From Octopus sinensis (taxonomy: Eukaryota): a stretch of DNA of 64,000 bases. The position numbers were made by a program, and so were the translations under genes. Positions 52,197-64,000 of the stretch are shown here, piece by piece. The stretch spans positions 34,968,001-35,032,000 of the forward strand of contig NC_043002.1 of the NCBI RefSeq assembly GCF_006345805.1. Reading direction: 5' to 3'. The notes beneath the pieces are model-generated. The model saw nothing but the letters and a program-made list of their open reading frames with translations, ran no database searches and was not told where the DNA came from. Every line of letters begins with the position of its first letter. Position 1 is the stretch's first letter.

Positions 52197-54515
52197 CTCT
52201 AGAGCATCTTTACTCTCATAACAGTTGACAATGATACTTCTAAGTCAGTCTGTGTGTAATCAGATAGTATAGCTTTTCTATACTATCTGATTCACTACAT
52301 GGCTAACTAGCCTGTATCCTACTCTGCCAAATATTTTAAACATTACAGTGGGGAACTTTCATGAGCTAGGTGCTTTCCCTGCCATTTCATTAATTTTGTT
52401 ATCCCTCAAACATCTGTCAGTTTGTATTTCTGCTTCCTCTGTTGGGTCTAAATGAAGTATATCTTCTGTCTCCTATGCTTTCTCCTCATCCAGTCCAGCA
52501 ACCTCTCATAAAAGCACATCCATGCCTCCTTTTCATTTTTTATTACCAAGAATGCCTTTTTGATTACACACACACTTCTTCACAACAGCGTCTTGATATA
52601 TGGATTTATATGTGTGTCTTTGTGTATAGGTATATATATATATATGTGTGCATGTATATGTGTATATATATTTACCACTGGTCACCATTCCATCTTAGTT
52701 TTCCATTCACTGTCCCTCCCCTACTCCATCTCACTCAACCCGTATACTCATGCACCCTCTATTCATCTACATTTCCTTTTCTTCTGCTCCTACTCACTCT
52801 TGTGTTCACCATTTTGTATCTTGAGCACCCACTCTAACACCTCATCACCATCTTAATTTCTCTTTCCAGTTTCATCCACTCATAATGTGAGGCATCTATT
52901 TATCAGTTCTAGAGCAAGGAACATGTTCCTAGCACTTCTTTTATACTTTAACCTCTCAACACCTAGCATAAATCTCTCACTCTCTCTCTCAACTATTGTC
53001 CCACTTAAAGGGAATCTTAAACTTGTGTGATACATAGCAACCTCAGTAATGCTGGTATCACATAAAAAGCACTCAGTACATTGTAAATTGGTTGGCATTA
53101 TGAAGGGCAACCAGCCATAGAAATCATGCCAAAGCAAGCATCAGAGCACAATGTATTCCTTTGAAACATCAAAACTTGTCAAACTTACACACACATGCAC
53201 ACTTACATACATATATGCATGCAAATGATAAGCTTCTTTCAGTTTCTCTCTGCTAAATCCCATCATAAGGCTTTAGTCAGCCTGGGGCTATAGTAAGACC
53301 CTTGCTCATTGTGCCATGAAGTGGAGCTGAATCAAAAACAATGATGTACATAAAAGCATAACAGGTGTCAATATTGACTATCAACAATACAAACAGGCAA
53401 AATATCTATTGCTAGCTTAATTTCAAATAAAAATAGATCATTTTCCTAATTACCTCAAGTTTCCAGATATCTATCACTTTTTCAATTAAAAACTTGTCTT
53501 TGATGAGGTCAAGTGATTATAATAGCTCATTTGCCTGTATCATTATAAATAAGGCGAGCAGGTTTTTGTTGTATGGTTATATTTGTAATAGGCTCTACAT
53601 ATGTTACAAGCAATGTATTTTTATTGATAGCATTATTAGGTGTATACATTTACACAGACCTACCTTTGTACTCTTCCTTCACACATCCCTTCCACACACA
53701 AGTGATACATTATGGTCTTACAAATTAGTATCTTAATTATTGCACTTACTGAATGTTAGTACTCTGCTTCTTAGTATTCTGTGAAGCATAAAACCAGTTA
53801 GTTTACTACTACATACCAACTAATTCACTATTGAAAGATTTTATAGAAAATCCATCATAGTTACAGGTATTTCAATTTTCATTTTTATTTAAAATATTCT
53901 CCATCTTTGAAATAGTATTTTTCAGTTACATTTGTTATAAATTTATTCATTTATTTATATTGCTGTAACCCTCAACATAATAATGTTGTGGGTTACAGGT
54001 TTATAATTGGGTAGTCATTGATTAATTGTGTTTTCTGACAGTGAGATAGAACTGTAGTGGATAGAACTTCATACAAAACAAGTATTACAAAGAATTCAAT
54101 TTCATGTGCACTGGTTTTGGGGTTTCTTCAGTGATATTTACATCCTTTGCCAATATACACCACCAAAAAACAAACCCACCCATATAAATATATATGTATG
54201 TCAGTGTGTGTGTAAAGTCAGGAGGCATGACAGGTGAAGATAGATTTGTTTTTTCATATTATTTCCATTTGATTACTGCTGTTAATTTTTTAGTATGCAA
54301 AAAATTATACATGCATGTTTGCATCAATATGCACGCTCAGCATTATTGAATACAATTGTAAATTCATTAATTAATGCAAATGAAGAAAACTAACTCATGA
54401 GTTCCCCAGAACATCATGGTTACATCTTCAGTTCAGCTCTTTGAATTATTTACTCCTCACTAGAAAATTTATTGCTCAGATTTTCTTGATTTTCAGTTAC
54501 ATGAACACATTACAT

Positions 54516-54797
54516 TTATCATCATTTAATGTCTGTTTTCCATGCTGGCATGGGTTGGATGGTTTGACTGGTTCTAGCCAGCTGAAGAGCTACCTCAGCT
54601 ACATGTCTGTTTTGGCATGCTTTCTATAGCTGAATGCCCTTCCTAACGCCAACCACTTTACAGAGTGTAATGGGTGGTTTTTCGCAGCACTAGCATGTGG
54701 CACCAGCACAGGTGCTTTTTACGTGGCACCAGTACACACAAGTCCACAAGATTAAGAACACTCAGCTGAAGTGGGATACAAGGGACATATATAGATA

Positions 54798-54838
<41 letters not shown>

Positions 54839-55200
54839 CATCATCATCATCATCATAATTGTTGTCGTTTAATGCCCATTTTCCATGTTGACATGGGTTG
54901 GACAGTTTGACTGAGGACTAGCAAACCGGAAGGCTTCACCAGACTCCAATCTGATTTGGCAAGGTTTCTACAGCTGGATGCACTTCTTAATGCTAACCAC
55001 TCCAAGAGTGTAGTGGGTGCTTTTTACATGCCACCTGCATGGGAGCCAGTCAGGCAGCACTGGCATCAGCTACGCTCAAATGATGTGTTTTATGTGCCAC
55101 CAGTGCAAGTGCCAGACAAGCAACACTGGCATCGGTCATGCTCAAATGGTGCTTTTTACATGCCACTGGCATGGGTGCCAGTAAGGCAGCACTGGCAATA
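54516..55200 (-). mobile_element. Two adjacent copies of the RTE-tailed SINE family
   Basis: Two (ATC)n-ttaat...ccatg...gcccttcctaacgccaacc segments, with 3-4 tttt(t)acatgccacc subunits in the second. Confidence 0.7.
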
Positions 55201-58200
55201 TATATTATATGATGGTCTTCTGCATGGTTTCTGTCTCACAAATTCCACTCACAGGATATTAGTCAATTCAAGGCTGAGGTAGAAAACACTTGCCCAAGTT
55301 ACTGTGCAGTGGGATTGATTTCCCACATTCGAAATTGTTCCTATGATAGTTCCCTCAGGATTAAAGATTCTAGCAGCTCTAAATTCTGACATTTCTGCTA
55401 CAAACTTAAATTCTTTTTACTGTTGACTGGATATAAATTTTGGTTGCTATTTCTTTTAATGATGCCATTTACTGGACAACACAGTCATCAGTGACCTATT
55501 GACTTCACTACTAATGCAAACACTCTCTCTTTCTTTTTCTCTCTCTCTCTCTCTCTTCCTTGTTTACTATTTCTTGTGATGATGACACTTACTGGACAGT
55601 GATGTTATTTGTATCTTATCGACCTATTGACCTCCTTACTACTGCAAACATTTCTCTATGTTCGAGGTCCACCTTGAATTGTGGTCTTCTTTCCTTCAGG
55701 AATCAATAGAATAAGTATGAGATTAATTAATTTGTCTACACACCTCATATACCATTGTAGAATGTTTATTCTTGTAGTATGCCAAACAATTAATGATGTA
55801 TTTTAGCCATACACTTAGTGTATACTCAACAGAGTTTTCTTAAACCAGTTTAGCTTTTACATTTACTTTTCTAAGAGGAAAATTCTGATGATTGCTTGCC
55901 ACCCCTATCCCCACCCTTCTCTCATATTTCACAACTCAGTTCTTTCATTACATAAATGATTTGCAGATTTCTTAACATTTAATTTACCATTCAGCATCTT
56001 AGAGTAATACTTACTTACATGAACTAGCAAACTTGCAAGTTTTCTATCCAAGCTATAGATTTTAATTTGTACTATTAGCATAGGTGCAATGAACTATGTA
56101 ATGGCAGGCTTGCATAAAAAGCACAAAACAAACCAGCTCTCATCCTTCAAGTCCAAATGATTAGTGGTACAAGAAAGCTTTGTAAAACATTTCAAAGATT
56201 CTGCATTTCCTGGAATGAACATATGTATACAGTCCTGTAAATACACATGACATAGACACTTACACACATACATAATTACAAACACGTGAATACATGTATA
56301 GTAAATAGATTCTTTGTTACTCTCTCTACTACCATCCTCTCACAACAATAAATCTGTTTCTTCCGTCATCCTCTAACCTGTCTTTTGCCTTATGAGCTAC
56401 AAGGCCTCTCCACTAGTGCTAGTACCACAAAAAAACAAAAAGCACCCGTTACTTCTGTAGATTATTGGCAAACCAAATCAAACAAATGCAACAGAGTATT
56501 TAAGATGGCTCTTTAATTTCGTGGATGACAAGGTAACCTCTAAAATGCTTGTGCTGCAAGGAAACAAAAGATACTTGCAATATACTTTGTAAAGTGGTTA
56601 GAAAGGGCATCCAGCCATAGAAACCATACCAAAACTGAGACACTGAAGCAAGATGTGGTTCAGCAACCTGTCAGATCCTGTTGAACCATCAAACCCATGC
56701 CCGCATGGAAAACAGGCATAAGACTATGATGATGATGATGATATACAAATGGAGGGAATATTAGAGATGTTGATTATGATATCAACAATATAGCTGAAGA
56801 AAATTATCTAAAGACACATAAAGTAAGGTCTCACATATGTCAGATAGTGAACTGAAAAAACTTTCATCAATTAAGATTAGCCAAGCAGTTTGTAGATGAA
56901 ATCTCTCTTGAGTATTTAAAATCTAAAAAAAAATAACAAGTGAGAGAGACAATTCAAATAATGTAAGATTTTTGGATAATATACTCAAAGTAGATTGAAG
57001 TGGATCTGATCTTTAAAGTCAACTGGTAATAGCAACAGACATGTTTAGTCTTATTACACCTCTTCAGTGTATTTGTATTTTCTATACAGAACTCTTCTCA
57101 GAGATATCTTCTCTCAGCTATATTTTTGATTTTCATAATCCATGTCACTTCATTTTCTCTACTATATACTTCTCTGTTTGTGTGTGTATGTGTGTGACAT
57201 GCATACATGCAGAGTAGAGAGAGATATTGAGCTGCCAAGAGTGAGATCACTTAGTCTTGCCAACTGAATAGAATTCACAGATGAGGTCTAAATAGGTTAA
57301 AACATATGTTTTAATTTCACCAGTTGGCTTTAAAGACCAAATTTGCTCCAAAAATTTCAATCAACAGCTTTTATTGGAGCTACCTCCCTTGCTTGTCGAT
57401 TTAATATTTTAAATACCAGAGAGGGAGTTTTTGTCTCCTAATTGTTTGGCTAATTCAAGTTAAAGTTATTCAACTCACTGTATTACATGTATGAGACCCT
57501 ACCATATATCTCGATATAAATTTACTGTTTAGTTTTTATCTTTATTTATTTATTCAGGAAATTGTATAGAAGCAAATATTTTGTTTTAAACCCTTTAAGT
57601 TATTCCAAGTTACAATATTTCATTAAAATGGAATTTTTCCAACATTGGCAATTGTTGTGCCTTCATCTTTGTTCACTTGTAGATTGAACAATTCCTTAAA
57701 AATGTTTTTTTTCTCTATACATCATACATCACTTTACTGTGTTTTAGAAGCAGAAGTAAGTGTCACAACAGAAACGGTTCAATGCATTTCTATAGATTGT
57801 GTGTACAGCTGAGATCTATATTGACTTGAATGTATAATTAATTTTCAACAAAGACATCTTTGTTTTTTTTTTATAGGTATGTGTGTGTTAGTGAATGTTA
57901 AATGTAATTTCCTTTTTAAATACAGGTGAGTAAATATGTCACCTAACAGGCTTTAGTTATTGTGTTTGGGGCTTGAATCTGTTGCTTCTGAACTAAATTA
58001 GTGAAATTATTAATGAAGGGCAATTGTGATATCCATAGTCAAGAGTAACAGGTGTGTTGTATTCTATTGTTATATCATCCTGTTCTTTACTTAGTTTTAG
58101 CCATTATATCTAAGGCCATTTTGGAACATTCAACATTGACATCATGTATTAAAACAGTTGCTGTACCTTTTCTACTTTACCATTCTTTATTACAAATGTT

Positions 58201-60958
58201 ATTTAGTCCAGTTTAATCCTGATTGAGCAGACCCTCCAACCATCACCATCCTGTTTTTTGAGGTCATCTAGGACTATATTATTTTATGTGTCCTTCCCTT
58301 CTTTGTATGGTAGGTTTTGATTTAAGAGAAATTTGGCTGCTGCTTCTAGCCATTGGCTTGTATAAAAGTTAGGCCCTCTGGCTTGAACATCTGTTGCAAT
58401 CCAGGCACCCACAATACCAATTACATTAGAGAGTGTTATTAAATCTTTGTTGTTGTTGTTTAGCCCAAGGTCAGTCTTGATCCAGTAGGTTTATATTCAA
58501 ATATGACCATGCAGTCTTCTTAAACTAAATCTACAACTGCAGTATGTAATATGTCCTAATCATATTAAAACAACGAAATGTAATTTGACAGTGGTTTGGC
58601 TTCAAGTTCCATCAAATTGAGTGACTATGTGGAGGTTCCCTTGTTGGGCCATGTTCAGTGTAGTTGTTGGTGGTGGTGGTGGTGCAGTCAATTACCTTTC
58701 CTAAATAAATCAACTTCATAGTTTTCATTAAATATAAGCAGGTCTACATAGAATGTATGGCCAAGCAACATTCTTGGGACAGGCTTTCTTCTAACTTGTT
58801 ACTAAATATTTAGTCATACTAATCTATGGAACATGGTTCATAGTCTGATGGCCTTAAGATCTCCATAACAAAATCAAAATTGAAAATAACACCAACAAAA
58901 TTGCAAGTTATCTTTTTTTTTTTCATGTGCAAACTGGACTGTTTGAAGCATGAGAAAAGAAAGTGAAGTTGCATGATTGTGAGGTAACAAGGTATTGAAT
59001 ATGAAGCATAAAAAGAAACAAGAGTGTAATCTGTTATATATGTATTGTTAATCTATGACAGAGAGAAAGAAAGAGAGAGGCTGGGCGTTAAAGACATCTC
59101 TAAGTATGTGTAGGAGAAATACTTGCACTGATATATGCATATTGTCCCTGTATAAATTTGATTGGATGTGTTGATTTTTCATGTGCAAACTATTAGAAGG
59201 GTTGCTGTCCTAGTTTTTTTTTTTTTTAAATATTTCTGGGCAACACCAGTCATGTCATTTGGGCAGACAACCCTCGCAACATCCATGCACTGTTACCTCA
59301 ACCTATACCTCAATTTGTTTATGTGAAATATACTACATGTATATGATATAGAATATTTTCATAGCCTTAGATTTTTTGCTGAAATTATGATCATAGAATG
59401 TGAATTTTGGGGTTTCTTTTAGGGGGAGGGGTGGGGGGGTTATGTATTGAAATGCATAGATGATTAAAACTACTCAATTAATGAAATATATTTTTTTTTA
59501 AATCAGTCAAGTGTACTTTACATATGATGTGTTTGTTTTCTAATTTGCTATCACCCACTTATCATTATGTTATCAAAGTTAACAAATTTTCTCATTCTGT
59601 TATGTCATCTCAGATTCTCAATCATATTTCACTTGTTTCATTTTCTAATGCTTCTTCCGTATGTATATGCTTTCTTAATGCTTGATACCTGTCCATTCTA
59701 TAATGTTACTTCCATTCCATGCAGCATTGCATTTTGTATACATGAACCACACACTCTACTCTTTCTTTACTCTGGGGAAGAGGCCCTTTCTTGCCAGCTG
59801 AGCTAATAGCTCCCATTATTTTTCCACCCTGTTTTTAATCTATTTTGCATTTAGAACAACCACCACCACCACTGCTAACCAGATCACTTAGGTAGCAAAA
59901 GCTGCCAAATTGTCAATTCTAGTGTGCCAACTGAGCATATGATAGTCTCATAGCTTCAGATGTATTTGTCTATTTTTATAATGACATTATTTGGTAGGTG
60001 TGAGAAGTTAGAGCTGACCAGTTTGAACATAAAACAGGTAGAATTTTGGGGCTGGATATGGTCATTTAAATGCTAAAGGGTTAATTCTAGATATTGCTTC
60101 TACAACTGGAATTTCATCTCTAGACCCACCACTGATCCAGCTAGAAGAGCTAGGTCATCAGCACACAGGAGTTCCCATGGGCATCCAGTCTTAAACTCAT
60201 CTGTTATATCTTGGAGGACTATAATGACACCCATCACTATCTACCTCCGTTATTATTTATGCTCTCTCTCTCTCTCTCTCTCTCTGCTTGCACCACCCTC
60301 CCACTTCAATTCCCTCCTCTTAAACGGCATGCTCTTGCTCCCTTCACTCCACCCCATTCTGATTTTCTTTGCTCATCATTCACATATCTGTTCATCTTCA
60401 TTCTTTGTTACATTCTCTTGGGTGTGGAGTGATTGGGACTCTTTAATTTTTATGGACTACAAGATAACCTCACTCCCAGTATACTCTGTATGCTGTTGGT
60501 GATAAGAAGGATATCCATCTATAGAAAGCAAACCAAAATTGAAATGTATGAGCAAGACATGGTATTCTGACCTAGCTATAAGAGCTATGGCTCCCAATAA
60601 GAACTGACTGAAGACCATGATGATCCATCTGACCTATGCCAGCATAGAAAGCAGATGTAAAATGATAATGATATGTATATTTGTGTGTATTCAGTCAAAG
60701 GGAGTATACATTTTTTGAGGACCTGCTGTAAATATGTAATATCATATATATCTATAAATAGAAACAGAGATGTGTTAGTATGTACAATATCACAATACTA
60801 TACAGTTATACACACTGTATGTTATATAATGTTATACACACTGTATGTTACATACAGTTATACACACTGTATGTTAGTGTGCATATGATACTGTACAACT
60901 GATTATGTGACACTACAACTGTACAGTATTATGCAAAAAGTATGGTTCAGTACTAACA

Positions 60959-61193
60959 CAGTGGTTCCCAAACTCTTTCGGGCTACTACCCCCTTGACTC
61001 CCAGGTCACATTCCTACCGCCCCCGACCACTCACCATCACCACAAACAAGACCACTTTTCTTCAACTTAACCTAATTTTACATCCACTACCCCATTTGGC
61101 CATCCATTATCACCCCACTTTTCTTCAACGCAGTCCCGCTGGATCTTTCTACCATGCCCAGATGGGCAGTAACACTTACTTTGGGAACCACTG
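60959..61193. mobile_element. hAT MITE, second family
   Basis: Perfect 14-bp TIR CAGTGGTTCCCAAA/TTTGGGAACCACTG with TSD tactaaca/gtctaaca (6/8). Confidence 0.8.
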
Positions 61194-63625
61194 GTCTAAC
61201 AATACAAAATGTGAATGTCTCCAACACTGAAGAAGCCTACATCACAGTTTTATTTTGATGACTTTATCAAGCTACAACAACAACAACAAATGAATGTTTT
61301 AATGAGATGGTAGCAGTAAAATTGTGGCTTTCACCAACATTTGTAATGTCAGAGTTTGTCACAGAATATTTATTGTTTAACCCCAGGTCAGCCCTGATCA
61401 GGATGAATGTATGATCAAAAGCATTCCTTGGTTGTGACCATCTTATCTTTTTAAGGATAGACAGGTTTTCATTATCTAATGTATCCTCATATATAAGGTG
61501 ATTGAGGCAATTTTGGTTTCTAATCCTAACAGGTTTGACAACCACGTAGAGGCTCTCTCTTTGGCTAATTATCAGTGAAAGTGGATTTGCTATAAATATA
61601 TTTACTTTACATTATCATTATTTTCTATCAGCATTGAGGTGAAGATATGGGTGAAATTATTTGCAACTCTGTGTTCAAAATCTGTTTTTGTCTGTCTGTT
61701 GTTATGTAGTTAAGCAACTCATTCACAGTCAGTTAGTATCTGCTTTTATATAATCAGACAACTACCGTTTCACAAGGAAATGAGAGTTGTTTTAACTTGA
61801 AATTTTCAACTCTAGCTGACATATACCGAATTCAAATTGAGACTTTTGTTCTCTGTTGTACATTTATGCAAGTTTAGGTTTCTATCTAACTTATTAATCT
61901 ATTTGTTTTGTTTTTTATATTGCATATATGTTGTTTCTACTGTTTGTTTTGAGGATAAACCTATAACTTACCATTGACATTATGTGACAAACAACTTCAG
62001 ATAGCCAACTGAAAATAGAACCTATTAAATCACAATCTTTCTTTTTTTGCCATCATATTTTATATGGTGAGTATAACAGCTTTGATTAATCAAAACTAAA
62101 CCCATAATGAGCTGAGGTAAACATTAGTGAACAGTGTTTAACTAAACCAAACACAAGCAAGAGAGACAATTCAAAATCAAAATTTAGTTTAATTACTTGA
62201 AATACTATTCAACATATCACTTTGATAACAAAATGTTTTCAAACCTTTTATCTTCATGCCATTTTCAAGATCCTGCTCAAAATTACCACCATATCTGTCT
62301 TACATATACATGTAGCTGCCACATTTATAAATAACACTCTCACACCACAACATCTTTTATTATCCCACTGCTATCACAACTATAAATAGTAGTAAGCTTA
62401 ATTCTGATCCCTGATGCACTGCAACCTTCACTTCAAACTCATCACTGTTCTCCCTCATACAACAGCATTACTATTATAACCTACCATTCCTATACACCTA
62501 TCTCTCTTAATGCTCATGTCAGTACTTCACAAAGGAACCCTATCAGATCAACAAATGTAAGAAACAACTTCATCTTGTCTTTGTACTGCTCCTATAATTG
62601 TTTTATAATAAAAATTATATGTACATGTGTTGTGAGTGTATCTACACATACACGCACAAGTGTGTTGAGGCAGTTTGAATGCATAAGTTAATGGGATATA
62701 TGCAGTTTGTCCTTTCTATTCCTCATAGTCTTTCAACTAGTCCTGTACATTGACTACTGTATTCCAGTAATCTCACTATTCTGGAAGGTTCAGTGATGTT
62801 TCACACAGAACTAGGTTAATGTCATTTTAACTTGACTTTAATTAGAAATTCTTTACAAACAAATTAAAGTTGGTAACTTCCTCCACTGTTTCTATCTCGG
62901 TTTTCACAGGTCATGTTGACCAACTTTACAGAGACCATTATCCCCACCCCACCCACTAGTATTGTCTGTAACACCTCTTCCTGACTCTGTTTACACTAAT
63001 GACATCAAAGAACGAACATACATTATCAGCCTAGCCTAACCTAGCTCTTGATCTTTATACACACACACACACACACACATGCACAATATGTGTGTGTGTT
63101 TTTTTATTTCTATTTTATTTCTCATAACTTGGTAACATTTGCCTGGTTCATCATTTCCATTCTGACATTTGCTGTAGTTATAGGCCTCATTCTGGTATTT
63201 GCCTGACTTACAAACCCCATTCTGCTGTTTGGTTGTTAGAAACTTCATTCTAATATTTACTGCAGTTACAGGCCCCCAAACCTGATATATGCATGTAGTT
63301 ACAATCAACATGAAGCCATGCTAATAGAAACATCTCAAACTCTAGATGATCAGAAAACAGGATCAGGCACGAATTCTGTATCATGTAATCAGTACAATGA
63401 AAGAAGGGCAGGGTGAACTCTGATGGATTGATACTAAATTAAAACTGGACTAACATCGTTAACCATTAACTTATTTAAGTGATATCCTTATTATCGATAA
63501 GTGTATTATGTGATAACATTGCAGTTTTGATTTAATATCAATGGAAGACATTCTGTTTGTGATGGTAATAAGCACCTTACTAAAATAAAGTTAGATTTGT
63601 ACATGTCAGACAACATTATTAGTAT

Positions 63626-63826
63626 CAGAATCATTAGCACATGGGGCAAAATGCTTAGCGGCATTTTGTCCAACTTAATGCTCTGAGTTCAAACTCTGCC
63701 AAGGTCAACTTTGCTTTTCATCCATTTAGGCTTGATAAAATTCCAGTTGAACACAAGGGGAAGGGGCAATGTAATCGACTTACCCCACTCTCCCAAAATT
63801 ACTGGCTTTGTGCCAAAGTTTGGAAC

Positions 63827-63875
<49 letters not shown>
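63626..63875 (+). mobile_element. tRNA-derived SINE with Meta-like domain and (ATT)n tail
   Basis: cagaatcattagcac...gagttcaaactctgcc-aaggtcaactttgcttttcatcc...gataaa...gtaatcgact...ggctttgtgcc followed by (ATT)n. Confidence 0.7.
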
Positions 63876-63876
<1 letters not shown>

Positions 63877-64000
63877 CCATTTTTACAAGCAGTAGTTGTT
63901 TACCTGTAGCAGCCATCTTTAGGGAGATACACATTAGCACATGTGCATAGATTTTTGCCAGTAAATACATCAAGAAGCAAATGCAATTCACTTGAATTTT

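Noticed and set aside
55445-55660. Diverged ~120-bp tandem duplication; also a 24-bp minisatellite at ~60805-60875
   Set aside because: Ordinary local duplications with no spacer structure or functional signal; not CRISPR-like.

Overview
AT-rich, microsatellite-dense eukaryotic DNA. The repeat repertoire suggests an octopus or other coleoid cephalopod (inference). No host protein-coding exon can be called confidently: almost all ORF-track entries are microsatellite translations or antisense frames of transposon remnants. The first ~7.8 kb is a rearranged tandem cluster of tRNA-Lys(UUU) genes on the minus strand. It holds five full-length 92-nt copies, each with a 19-nt intron at the canonical 37/38 position, plus one inverted half-gene. 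A 240-bp near-perfect palindrome and a 100-N assembly gap follow. The rest is decayed LINEs (RTE, BovB-like RTE, CR1), a Penelope-like element (PLE) remnant, Tc1/mariner remnants, hAT and mariner MITEs with TSDs, and several tRNA-derived SINE families. Four degenerate minimal type-I hammerhead motifs from three repeat families were found by eye. One family is a tRNA-headed SINE-like element present as a ~480-bp head-to-head palindrome right behind the PLE remnant. There is also a 48-bp-stem hairpin at 28.4 kb and a tight cluster of acceptor/donor juxtapositions at 57.7-57.9 kb (microexon or recursive-splice candidates).
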